Assembly (NCBI GenBank): GCA_963790475.1
Contig: CAWBOS010000010.1
Coordinates: 576,001 to 640,000, forward strand
Direction: 5' to 3'
DNA length: 64,000 bases
Source of the DNA: an uncultured delta proteobacterium
GTDB taxonomy: Bacteria > Desulfobacterota > RBG-13-43-22
Shown: positions 32,206 to 40,674 of the stretch, piece after piece
How positions within the stretch are numbered: the stretch's first letter is position 1
Layout of the letters: the number at the start of each line of letters is the position of its first letter
Made by a program: the position numbers and the translations under genes
Notes under the pieces: generated by a model
What the model was told of the DNA's origin: nothing
Seen by the model: only the letters and a program-made list of their open reading frames with translations
Databases searched by the model: none

Positions 32206-33612
32206 GAGCCTCTTGCAAAAGTCTATTTTTAGGGAATAGACAAGCATAAAGAGTGAGCCTCAGCGGTGGTTCTGTGTTAAGATGATGTTTAGAAAGAACA
32301 CAAAAAAACACAGGAGACACCGATGAAGCTCTGGAAAAAAGTATCATGGTTAAGGGGTAGATTGCAACAAGGTTTATTTTCCGATTTAGAAGAATGTTGG
32401 GAACAGCCTTTGACTGAAAAAGAGGAACGGCTGGTGACGATATTGGAACTGGTTGAGGTTGAAAGATATGTTCCCCGGAGTTCTTTAAATCAGTGGATGG
32501 GGAGGAAGATCCTTGAGCGCCAAGCGATAGCGCGGGCTTTTGTGGCCAAGACGGTCTATAACCATTCCTTCACCAGATCAACCATTGAACATTTGAAAAC
32601 GACGTCTAATGTAAGACGCATCTGCGGGTTCGAAAAGGTATCCGACATTCCCTCTGAGGCCACTTTTTCCAGGGCCTTTGCGGAGTTTGCCGAAGGGGGG
32701 CTTGGCGAAAAAGTTCACGAAGCCCTGGTGGAACGTTGTTTAAAGCCGGAACTGGTTGGTCATATATCCCGAGACGCAACGGCCATAGAAGGTCGGGAAA
32801 AGCCGACTAAGAAGCCTGTAAAAGAAAAGCCTGCGCCGAAGAAGAGAGGACGTCCAGTCAAGGGAGAACTCCGTGATTCCAAGGAAGACAAACGCTTGAC
32901 CAGGCAACGAGAGCAATCAGTTGAAGAGGCCTTAAAAGAATTGCCGGTTTACTGCGACGTAGGGACCAAGAAGAACTCCAAAGGGTACAAAGAGACCTGG
33001 GTCGGGTATAAACTCCATGCCGATGTTAATGATTGCGGATTGCCGGTGAGTGTCGTCTTGACCGCAGCATCGCTTCATGACAGCCAGGTCGCTATACCGT
33101 TAATGAAGATGACCAGTTCCAAGGTGGATTATCTTTATGATTTGATGGATGCCGCTTATGACGCTGGATCTATCTATGCAATCAGCAGAGCTCTGGGACA
33201 TGTGCCCATTATCGACAAGAACTTCCGCGGTAAGGATGTGATCCCTATGGCTCCCCACGAGGCCAGAAGATTTAATGGAAGGACAGCATCAGAACGGTTC
33301 AATAGCCGGTTAAAAGAAGAGTTCGGTGCCAAGAATGTCATGGTCCGAGGAGCCTTGAAAGTCAATCTCCATCTCATGTTTGGCGTCCTGGCGCTCTTTG
33401 CGGATCAGTTGATAAAGTTGGCTTCCTGAGTAAATTTTCAAAGAACGGGGTGAAAAGTTCAGGTCAGGAGGAGAACTATGCCTGAAAATTGTTACCAAAG
33501 TCTCAAATCTGACTATCGTCGTTAAGAAAGACCCAAAATTTCTAAATCGACTGGGATAACTGCCTGCTGATATATTTCATCATGCAGTTTTTATAAGTTT
33601 TGCAAAAGGCTC
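32206..33612 (+). mobile_element. IS5/IS1182-like insertion sequence
   Basis: TIRs gagcctcttgcaaaagt / agttttgcaaaaggctc (15/17); flanks tgtt/tatt imperfect. Confidence 0.82.
32323..33429 (+). CDS. DDE transposase (IS5/IS1182-like)
   Basis: PSEATFSR, RDATAI, GYKLH, SLHDSQ, MDAAYD, R..SER.NSRLK. Confidence 0.9.
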   Translation: MKLWKKVSWLRGRLQQGLFSDLEECWEQPLTEKEERLVTILELVEVERYVPRSSLNQWMGRKILERQAIARAFVAKTVYNHSFTRSTIEHLKTTSNVRRICGFEKVSDIPSEATFSRAFAEFAEGGLGEKVHEALVERCLKPELVGHISRDATAIEGREKPTKKPVKEKPAPKKRGRPVKGELRDSKEDKRLTRQREQSVEEALKELPVYCDVGTKKNSKGYKETWVGYKLHADVNDCGLPVSVVLTAASLHDSQVAIPLMKMTSSKVDYLYDLMDAAYDAGSIYAISRALGHVPIIDKNFRGKDVIPMAPHEARRFNGRTASERFNSRLKEEFGAKNVMVRGALKVNLHLMFGVLALFADQLIKLAS

Positions 33613-33631
33613 TATTAAATCAGGATTTGCT

Positions 33632-33675
33632 CCCCGTCCGACACGCCGAAAGGCCTCGGGCGGGGTTATTTTTTT
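33632..33675 (+). ncRNA. Structured leader RNA or terminator upstream of the NYN gene
   Basis: ccccgtccg/cgggcgggg stem, inner gcc-GAAA-ggc, then ttattttttt. Confidence 0.5.
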
Positions 33676-33689
33676 ATGGGGGGATTCAA

Positions 33690-33812
33690 ATGCCTTCTGA
33701 ACCCCTCGTCAAACGTGCCGTAGCTTTCATTGACGGGCAGAATCTTTACCACGCCGCCCGAGAATCCTCTGACTATAATTGCCGATCAATGCTTTCTGGG
33801 GTGAAATATTAA
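33690..33812 (+). pseudogene. NYN (LabA/DUF88 PIN-fold) RNase, N-terminal remnant
   Basis: KRAVAFIDGQNLYHAARE then abrupt end at 40 aa. Confidence 0.75.
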
Positions 33813-35332
33813 TGAAGGATCTTAGTATCCCCCACAACATACGACAACTCTCTATCCTGGTGAAAGAGGGGGAGGGATCGACCCTGGAGTTTAAAAGGTC
33901 GACAGGGGAATTAAAAGAAGCCATGCAGACACTTTGTGGCTTCCTAAACGACTCTGGCGGTATCGTCCTCTTCGGTGTCCGGGCAGATGGGTCAATTAAT
34001 GGCCAAGAGGTTTCCGACCAGACACTCCGGGACATTGCCAAAGCCGCTGATCGATTTGAGCCGCCTGCCCATATTTCTATTGATCGCCTTAAGATAAAGC
34101 CGGGGCGAGAGGTGATTGTCGTCTCGGTCAATAGCGGGCAGGACGTTCGTCCTTTCACTTACGATGGTCACGCCTACGAGCGTGTAAGCAGTACGACCCG
34201 CCGGATGCCACAGGTAAAATACGAACGTCTGCTTGTTGAGCGCGGTCACGCCAAACGCCGTTGGGAAAATCTGCCTGCCGAAGGACTGACACTGAAGGAT
34301 CTGGCCAGCAAAGAAATCTTGCGGACTCGGGAACTCGCCATTCAACAAAACCGAATTTCACCGGGTACGGGACGAATTATCGGGGAGATCCTCGACCGGC
34401 TGGGTTTGCGGGGTGAGGGTGTCCTAACACAAGCCGCTCAGGTACTCTACGGAAAAAAATTCCTGCCGGATTACCCCCAATGCCTCCTAAAAATGGGGCG
34501 CTTCCGGGGCACAGAGATTACCGGCGAAATTGTGGATAACCGGCAAGAACACATGAATGCTTTTGATATGGTGCGGGAGGGTATGGCTTTCCTCGAACGG
34601 ACCATGCCCTTGGGGGCGCGCTTTCCTGAAGGTCAGATATTTCGGGAGGACCGCTTTCCGGTTCCCCTGGATGCGTTGAGAGAAATCCTTCTCAATGCCG
34701 TGATGCACCGCGACTACTCCCATTACTCCGGGTACGTGGCCATCGTCATCTTCGACGACCGAATCGAAATTCGGAGTTATGGACGACTTCCTACCGGCAT
34801 AACGGTGAAACAGCTTTCTGGTCGGCATGATTCGAAACCAACCAACCCCTTAATCGCCGAAGCCTTCCATCGCACCGGGGCGGTAGAGGTCTGGGGCCGC
34901 GGCACCAACAGAGTGATTGAGATGTGCCGGAAGCACGGAACCGCCGCGCCTATGTTCGAAGAACGGCAGGGGTTTCTTATTGTGACATTCAAGGCGCAGA
35001 TGGTCGAATCTGCGGCAAAGGCTCAGGATGCCTGGTCAATCTCTCGAACCAGCGACCAAGTCACCGACCAAGTCACCGACCAAGTCACCGATCAAGTCAG
35101 AAACCTTCTCAGCTTGCTGGATAAAAATGTAACAGATGCGGTCTGGTTGATGACCCAGCTTAAAATGTCTCATCGGCCAACATTCAGGAAAAACTATCTC
35201 CATCCTGCGCTTGAAGCTGGTTGGATTGAGATGACCATTCCTGACAAACCCAGTAGCAGCAAGCAGAAATATCGGCTGACTCCGGCCGGGGGAAAAATGC
35301 TGAAAGAACGAGGCGGGAAGAAAGGGAAATGA
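33812..35332 (+). CDS. AlbA_2 (Schlafen-like) + HATPase_c_4 + C-terminal wHTH protein
   Basis: GEG.TLEFKRS, GFLN..GG..LFGV, LRE.L.NAV.HRDY, E.WGRG, PDKPSS..QKYRLT. Confidence 0.85.
   Translation: MKDLSIPHNIRQLSILVKEGEGSTLEFKRSTGELKEAMQTLCGFLNDSGGIVLFGVRADGSINGQEVSDQTLRDIAKAADRFEPPAHISIDRLKIKPGREVIVVSVNSGQDVRPFTYDGHAYERVSSTTRRMPQVKYERLLVERGHAKRRWENLPAEGLTLKDLASKEILRTRELAIQQNRISPGTGRIIGEILDRLGLRGEGVLTQAAQVLYGKKFLPDYPQCLLKMGRFRGTEITGEIVDNRQEHMNAFDMVREGMAFLERTMPLGARFPEGQIFREDRFPVPLDALREILLNAVMHRDYSHYSGYVAIVIFDDRIEIRSYGRLPTGITVKQLSGRHDSKPTNPLIAEAFHRTGAVEVWGRGTNRVIEMCRKHGTAAPMFEERQGFLIVTFKAQMVESAAKAQDAWSISRTSDQVTDQVTDQVTDQVRNLLSLLDKNVTDAVWLMTQLKMSHRPTFRKNYLHPALEAGWIEMTIPDKPSSSKQKYRLTPAGGKMLKERGGKKGK
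35053..35100 (+). repeat. In-frame 12-bp tandem repeat x4 encoding (T/S)DQV
   Basis: cgaccaagtcac x3 + cgatcaagtcag. Confidence 0.9.
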
Positions 35333-35371
35333 TATCGGCAACGCAGCCAGGAAGACTGGACCTAGGGAAAA

Positions 35372-35554
35372 CCTAGGGAGATAATACCGCATGCCATTAT
35401 GGCCTCTCCGAGCATCAGCACGATGGAACTCGCAGAGGTATCAGGTTTGACCACGAAGGGTATTGAATGGAGTCTGAGAAAATTAAAAGCCCAAGGCATC
35501 CTGAAACGCATCGGTCGGGCAAGAGGTGGGCGGTGGGAGGTTGTGAAAGATTGA
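35372..35554 (+). pseudogene. Orphan wHTH C-terminal tail of an AlbA_2/Fic-type regulator
   Basis: SPSISTMELAEVSGLTTKGIEWSLRKLKAQGILKRIGRARGGRWEV*. Confidence 0.7.
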
Positions 35555-35560
35555 GGCAAT

Positions 35561-35660
35561 GGCCCAATTCAAATGGCATGAAGTGTCCAAGGTCCAGCAT
35601 TATTGGATAGAAGTGAGTGATATGACGGACCCATGATGGTGAGGGAGGAAACCGCCCCTT
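35561..35660 (+). repeat. Diverged duplicate of the helicase 3' end (32032-32134)
   Basis: 50/54 identity over 35561-35614 vs 32032-32085, then weaker similarity. Confidence 0.88.
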
Positions 35661-35843
35661 ATGGGGGGAAAAGTTGGAAGGCCCATCGAAGGGCAAAATT
35701 GCAAGGATGAAACGAAGATATATTCTTTGCCACCTCGGCCCGCCTAGGGGCGGGTGGTGGGAGATGGGGAAAAGATATGGCCCGTATTTATAAAAGGCAC
35801 TGAAGAACGGACTCTATGAAATAAGCGAAAGGAGCACGACGAT

Positions 35844-36023
35844 ATGTGGTCTGACAAAGAAACACTCTACGATTGCCTCGGATATTCAAGCTATGTGGAT
35901 GTCCTCGCCGACGTCTGTATTAGACAAGAGTTGGCCCCCTTGACTCTTGGCATTTTCGGCGCATGGGGAAGCAGCAAGACAAGCCTCATGGCGATGCTCA
36001 AGTATCGTTTGGATCAAGATTGA
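35844..36023 (+). pseudogene. KAP-family P-loop NTPase (QatA-like) N-terminal remnant
   Basis: MWSDKET..D.LG...PLTLGIFGAWGSSKTSLM, 59 aa, GGAG RBS. Confidence 0.75.
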
Positions 36024-36930
36024 AGGAGTCCGGGGTGCGGACTTGGTATTTGCCTGCATTGGTCCGGCCTTGGAGATCTTCAGCCGATATTCGAAAGTGG
36101 AGACTGCTGAAGGTCGGGAAGTAAAACTGCCTGAATTTCTGGAGAAGGTTTGGGAAGTGGTTGGGCGGTTGGCCCTGGAGCAGGTACTTGGAACTGCCGA
36201 GGCCAAGGCCAGAAATGGTTTGGCAGGTGCTCTGGAAGAGGATGCCAGGTTAACGGCCCTGTTTTTGTGGACCTTGCAAGCAACGAATGGGAACAGTGAA
36301 GGTAAAAGTAAAAAGGCAAAAGGCAAAAGTGAGGAAATAGAAGAGGTAGAAGAGGAGGTCGATGAAGACGAGGAGGACTCCCTAAAATCTAAAAAGAAAT
36401 CCGGATTCAGTTTGGTTTTTGATGTGGTGCGCCGGTTTGCCCAGCCCCTTGGCATACAATTGCCTGAATGGGAAGGGCGGATTATTGAAACCGAGAAAGG
36501 GGTCGTTCGGCTTCTATCCGTCACGGAAAGGGCCAAACAGCTTTTTGGGGAAGAAACCGCCCATGCCTTTGCCGAACGGTTTGAGCGATCTCCTCATGGA
36601 AACATACAAATGTCTCTTTTTCAGCAAAAGGAAGAAACCCTTCCACCCGACATAAAAGGCCGTGACCGAAAAGGAACAAAGAAAACCTCTTTGGCTTTGT
36701 CTGAGGAAGCTGCTAAAAAACATAAGGGAGCCACCACCCTTGATCGGGTTCATGCATCCATGTTGTTACAGTCCAGCGGGCAAACCAATGCCCTGCGGGC
36801 ACTTTTGAAGGCCGAACAGGACCGGGGGCCGGATTTTTTACGCCTTGCCAACTCTCTTTCCGCCCTGTATCCTAAAGGAAGTGATGAAAAAAGACTCTTA
36901 GACGCCATGCTCTTGGCAGTGCCAAGATGA
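36020..36930 (+). pseudogene. DUF1156 adenine DNA methyltransferase, C-terminal part only
   Basis: GVRGADLVFACIGPALEIFSRYS..., LDRVHA.MLL, LSALYP..S.EKRLLDAM; catalytic N-terminal region absent. Confidence 0.72.
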
Positions 36931-36949
36931 TTGAGGCAGGAGGAATCAA

Positions 36950-37201
36950 ATGACATTTATTGAACGAATTGAAGTTAATCCCAAGGTGATGATGGGGAAA
37001 CCGGTAATCCGGGGTACACGAATTCCGGTGGAACTTATTTTAAGAAAGCTTAGTGAAGGGGCTAAAGAACCGGATCTTCTCAATGCCTATCCAAAGCTAA
37101 CGGTTAAAGATATCCAAGCTGCTATACGTTATGCTGCAGATACCCTGGCCCATGAAGAAATGGTGTTTTTAGAACCTCCAAAACGTGTGGCCAGGAGATA
37201 A
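36950..37201 (+). CDS. DUF433 antitoxin
   Basis: P.VM.GKPVIRGTRIPV, YP.LT..DI.AA..YA. Confidence 0.9.
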   Translation: MTFIERIEVNPKVMMGKPVIRGTRIPVELILRKLSEGAKEPDLLNAYPKLTVKDIQAAIRYAADTLAHEEMVFLEPPKRVARR

Positions 37202-37204
37202 ACC

Positions 37205-37585
37205 ATGCGTTTTCTGGCCGATGAATCTTGTGATTTTGCTGTGGTCTATGCCTTGAGGAAAGCTAAACATGATGTTTTGGCTGTTGCCGAAATTACTCCC
37301 AGGGCAGCGGATTCAGATGTGATTCGGCTGGCGAGGAAACAAAAAAGGATTTTGCTGACCGAAGATAAGGATTTTGGCCAACTGGTTTATGCCTCTGGAC
37401 AAAAGGCATTAGGCGTGGTCTTTTTAAGATTTCCTGTTTCTGCCCGGGATATTATAGCTAACGATATAGTTATGCTGGTGGAAGAGCAAAAGGAAAAGCT
37501 GTTCGGAAGTTTTGTTGTGGTTCAACCGGGCAAAATCCGAATCAGCCGAATGCCTGGAGGATTAGTTCATGGAACCTTGGTATAA
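37205..37585 (+). CDS. DUF5615 PIN-like toxin
   Basis: MRFLADE, D..V...A, RILLTEDKDFG. Confidence 0.88.
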   Translation: MRFLADESCDFAVVYALRKAKHDVLAVAEITPRAADSDVIRLARKQKRILLTEDKDFGQLVYASGQKALGVVFLRFPVSARDIIANDIVMLVEEQKEKLFGSFVVVQPGKIRISRMPGGLVHGTLV

Positions 37586-37750
37586 GGCAGTTCTGCCGCG
37601 GAAAGAAGTCCGGGAAGGCCGATCTTTCAATCCCGATGAATTTGCCATTGCTTTGGAACAGGTGGTGTGCCGGAACGGCCCCGGAAGATTATAAAGACCC
37701 GAGGAAGTTTATCACCCGCACATGCTTTACCCGGGTGGTGACCGAACATA
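37569..37750 (+). pseudogene. DUF499 AAA+ ATPase N-terminal remnant (frameshifted, truncated)
   Basis: MEPWYKAVLPRKEVREGRSFNPDEFAIALEQVV[fs]AGTAPEDYKDP.KF..RT.FT. Confidence 0.75.
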
Positions 37751-37854
37751 GAATCTGGGACGTTATTGAATTAGTTGAATGGTCAGGAGGAAAACCGGGG
37801 GTGGTATCCGGGCGGGATTTTATTCACAGCACGGGTCTGGGGGTTAAAAGTAAT

Positions 37855-38142
37855 TTAAATTACGTTTGTGCCTTTTTCCTGTTCGATCCGCTCATGTAGC
37901 CACATAGTCATGAGTTGAGAAAAGGGAATCCCTTTAAGCCAGGAGATTCGCTTGGCCATGGACAAATCAAAGGGATCGATTCGGAGGGAAACCGGCTGAC
38001 GGGCGGGGCGTTGAGCCAGGAAAGGTTCAGCCTCTTCAAGAAGTTTATTAAGTTGGGCTGAAGTTTCCCCGGCAATTTGGGTGTCCCAGTAGGAGGCTTC
38101 CTTATCAAGTTTTCTTTTAATTTTTTGAGGAAGTTTAGTCAT
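37855..38142 (-). CDS. CopG/RHH-type antitoxin-like protein
   Basis: E..YWD.., PVSLRID...KGIPFSQLM.MWL.ERI. Confidence 0.65.
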   Translation of the reverse strand: MTKLPQKIKRKLDKEASYWDTQIAGETSAQLNKLLEEAEPFLAQRPARQPVSLRIDPFDLSMAKRISWLKGIPFSQLMTMWLHERIEQEKGTNVI

Positions 38143-38505
38143 CTCTTAATCCGTGTTATTTATTACCGTAATTTTTTAATTACGTCAAATAGATTTATCG
38201 CTGGGCCACATCGGTGTTTTTTAATTCATGACAGCTTCGTAATAAATCGCCGGGGGTGAGGGCGAGTGACGGGAGTTGCGGGCCATGCTCCCTGAGGTGA
38301 TTGACGCCGTTTAGAATTCATCATTTTCAAATTTCATCTTTCACTCCAGCCTTGCTGGACCGCCTTGATGAATAAAGGATGAGATGTCCGTGGTCTTTGT
38401 TCATGACAGGCAGGAGAATATGGGTTGGTAAACCAACGGTGACTGTTTTTTAATGTACTGAAGAATAGTCTTGACTATTTTTCAATTGTATAAATAATAG
38501 TCAAT

Positions 38506-39726
38506 ATGGTTGCAAGGGAACTTTACCGGAAAATCTGGCAGGAACTGGCTTCCGATAAGGAAATGGTTTTTCTGGCCGGGCCCCGCCAGGCAGGCAAAAC
38601 CACACTGGCCGGCATCATCTCCGACGGCTTCGTCAATTCCCTTTATTTCAACTGGGATATCCCTGAACAGCGGGCCCATCTTCTCCGGGACCCTTCCTTC
38701 TTTCAAGAAGTGGACCGGAAGGACGCCAGCCCTCCTCTGGTCATCTTCGACGAAATTCACAAATATCGGGACTGGAAAAACTATCTGAAAGGGGTTTACG
38801 ACCGCTTCAGAAAAGAATACCGTTTTCTGGTGTCCGGGAGCGGCCGCCTGGATATTTATCAAAAAGGCGGCGATTCCCTGGCCGGGCGTTATCTTCTCTT
38901 CCACCTTTTCCCTTTTACACTGGCCGAGCTCGGGAATAGGCGCAGGCCCTATGAGGCATTCATGGCGGATCCGTTAGCCATAAGTTCCGCCACCGGATCG
39001 GAATTACGCGACCTTTGGAATTCATTGGGAAGTTACAGCGGATTTCCGGAACCTTTTTTATCGGCGAAAGCGGCAACCTATACCCGCTGGTCGAATACCT
39101 ACGCCCGGCAACTGATTCGCGAAGATATCAGGGACCTTACCGATGTACGTTCCGTCTCTTCCATGGAGACGCTGTTTCATCTGCTTCCTTCCCGGGTAGG
39201 CAGTCCGCTTTCCGTCTCGGGTATGGCTCGTGATCTCCAGGTTTCCCCGGTCTCGGTCAAGAACTGGCTGGATCTTTTCGAACGATTCTTTCTTTCCTTC
39301 AGCATCGCACCCTGGACCGAAAGAGTTGCCCGGGCCATTGTGAAAGAGCGGAAGTTTTATCTATTCGATTTACCGCGCCTAAAGAATAGAGGCGCTCGGT
39401 TTGAGAATATGGTCGCTCTTGAACTATGGCGGGCCGTGACTTCCTGGAATGATTTGGGCCTGGGAGAATTCGGCCTGCACTTCATCAAGAATAAGGAAAA
39501 GCAAGAGGTTGATTTTTTATTGTCCCGGGATTATAAACCGTTTCTTTTTGTGGAAACGAAGCTTTCCGAACAGGAGCCCTCAGTGCCTTTAAGGAAATTT
39601 CAGCAGGCCCTGCAGGTTCCGGCACTGCAACTTACCGAAGCGGGCGATCATTATCGGCTCCTGTCCAACGGCGATCAGAAGATCATGGTCGCCCCGGCCT
39701 GTCTTTGGCTGGCTGGACTTCCCTAA
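38506..39726 (+). CDS. AAA_14 ATPase with DUF4143 (PD-(D/E)xK-like) C-terminus
   Basis: GPRQAGKTT, FDEIHK, SGS, SGFPEP, FENMVA, EVDF, VETK. Confidence 0.9.
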   Translation: MVARELYRKIWQELASDKEMVFLAGPRQAGKTTLAGIISDGFVNSLYFNWDIPEQRAHLLRDPSFFQEVDRKDASPPLVIFDEIHKYRDWKNYLKGVYDRFRKEYRFLVSGSGRLDIYQKGGDSLAGRYLLFHLFPFTLAELGNRRRPYEAFMADPLAISSATGSELRDLWNSLGSYSGFPEPFLSAKAATYTRWSNTYARQLIREDIRDLTDVRSVSSMETLFHLLPSRVGSPLSVSGMARDLQVSPVSVKNWLDLFERFFLSFSIAPWTERVARAIVKERKFYLFDLPRLKNRGARFENMVALELWRAVTSWNDLGLGEFGLHFIKNKEKQEVDFLLSRDYKPFLFVETKLSEQEPSVPLRKFQQALQVPALQLTEAGDHYRLLSNGDQKIMVAPACLWLAGLP

Positions 39727-39888
39727 TGAATTTGCTTCTGATAAAAGGGTGATGCAGCCCACTCCATAGAGTAAATTATAAAGTTGTTAGGTCTGACTCT
39801 CGGAGGCTACCTGAGACCGTCAATGGGCAGAGAGGGGACATGTGACCAGGGCTTGGTGGAGGGAAACCGATGATGCGAGGTAAGTGGC

Positions 39889-40158
39889 ATGTGCAGGAAC
39901 ATAAAGACTCTGTATAATTTTGAGCCGCCGGCGACGGATGAGGAGATTCGGGCGGCGGCCTTGCAGTTCGTGAGGAAGATCAGCGGATTTTCTTCACCGT
40001 CTGCTGCGAACGAAAAGGCCTTCCATCGCGCGGTTGATGATGTCACACGGGCGTCCTCCAACCTGTTAGGCTCACTCGTGACCACCACTTCTCCCAGGAA
40101 CCGAGAGGTCGAAGCCGCCAAGGCCCAGGCACGCGCGGTTCGAAGATTCGGCTTATAG
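39889..40158 (+). CDS. DUF2277 family protein
   Basis: MCRNIKTLYNFEPPATDEEIRAAALQFVRKISG. Confidence 0.88.
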   Translation: MCRNIKTLYNFEPPATDEEIRAAALQFVRKISGFSSPSAANEKAFHRAVDDVTRASSNLLGSLVTTTSPRNREVEAAKAQARAVRRFGL

Positions 40159-40674
40159 CTGTAGTTGGAAAAGAAGCCGTCCCAGGTTGAACCGGGCGGC
40201 CGGGTGAAATGGTTCTTTTTCTAAAAGGGCTTCGTAGGTTTCTTTAGCCTCATCAAACATATCGTAATGGTCATAGAGTAAGGCCAATCCCAATCGAGGG
40301 GCAACAGCTTGGGGGTTGGTTTCAATCCCTTTTTGATAAATTCTTACAGCCTGGTGATAATCTCCTTCTCTTTCCAGAAGTTGAGCTGTGCGGATCAAAG
40401 CCTCTATGTTCCCCGGATTAATCTCCAAGACCAAACGGTACATCTGCTTGGCACTGGCGAATCTGCCCATTCCTTCATAGACTTGGCCTAAGGCAAAGAG
40501 GGGTTCCTCATTATCCGGCTTCAAGGTTGCCGCTTCCTGGAAGCAATTTAAGGCCTCCTGAAAATTCCCTTGCTGCAGAAAAACCAATCCCGAGCTAAAA
40601 AGGGTTTTATAATCCCCCTTCAAGCGGCCTCGGTTTTTCGGGCAATTTGCCCTCTTAAGAACCTTTGGTCCCAT
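40153..40674 (-). CDS. Tetratricopeptide repeat protein
   Basis: About four TPR units (A..P.N..A...LG). Confidence 0.85.
   Translation of the reverse strand: MGPKVLKRANCPKNRGRLKGDYKTLFSSGLVFLQQGNFQEALNCFQEAATLKPDNEEPLFALGQVYEGMGRFASAKQMYRLVLEINPGNIEALIRTAQLLEREGDYHQAVRIYQKGIETNPQAVAPRLGLALLYDHYDMFDEAKETYEALLEKEPFHPAARFNLGRLLFQLQL

Noticed and set aside
35886-36536. 216-aa Ser-rich minus-strand ORF
   Set aside because: Antisense to the Glu/Asp-rich DUF1156 fragment, which explains the Ser runs.
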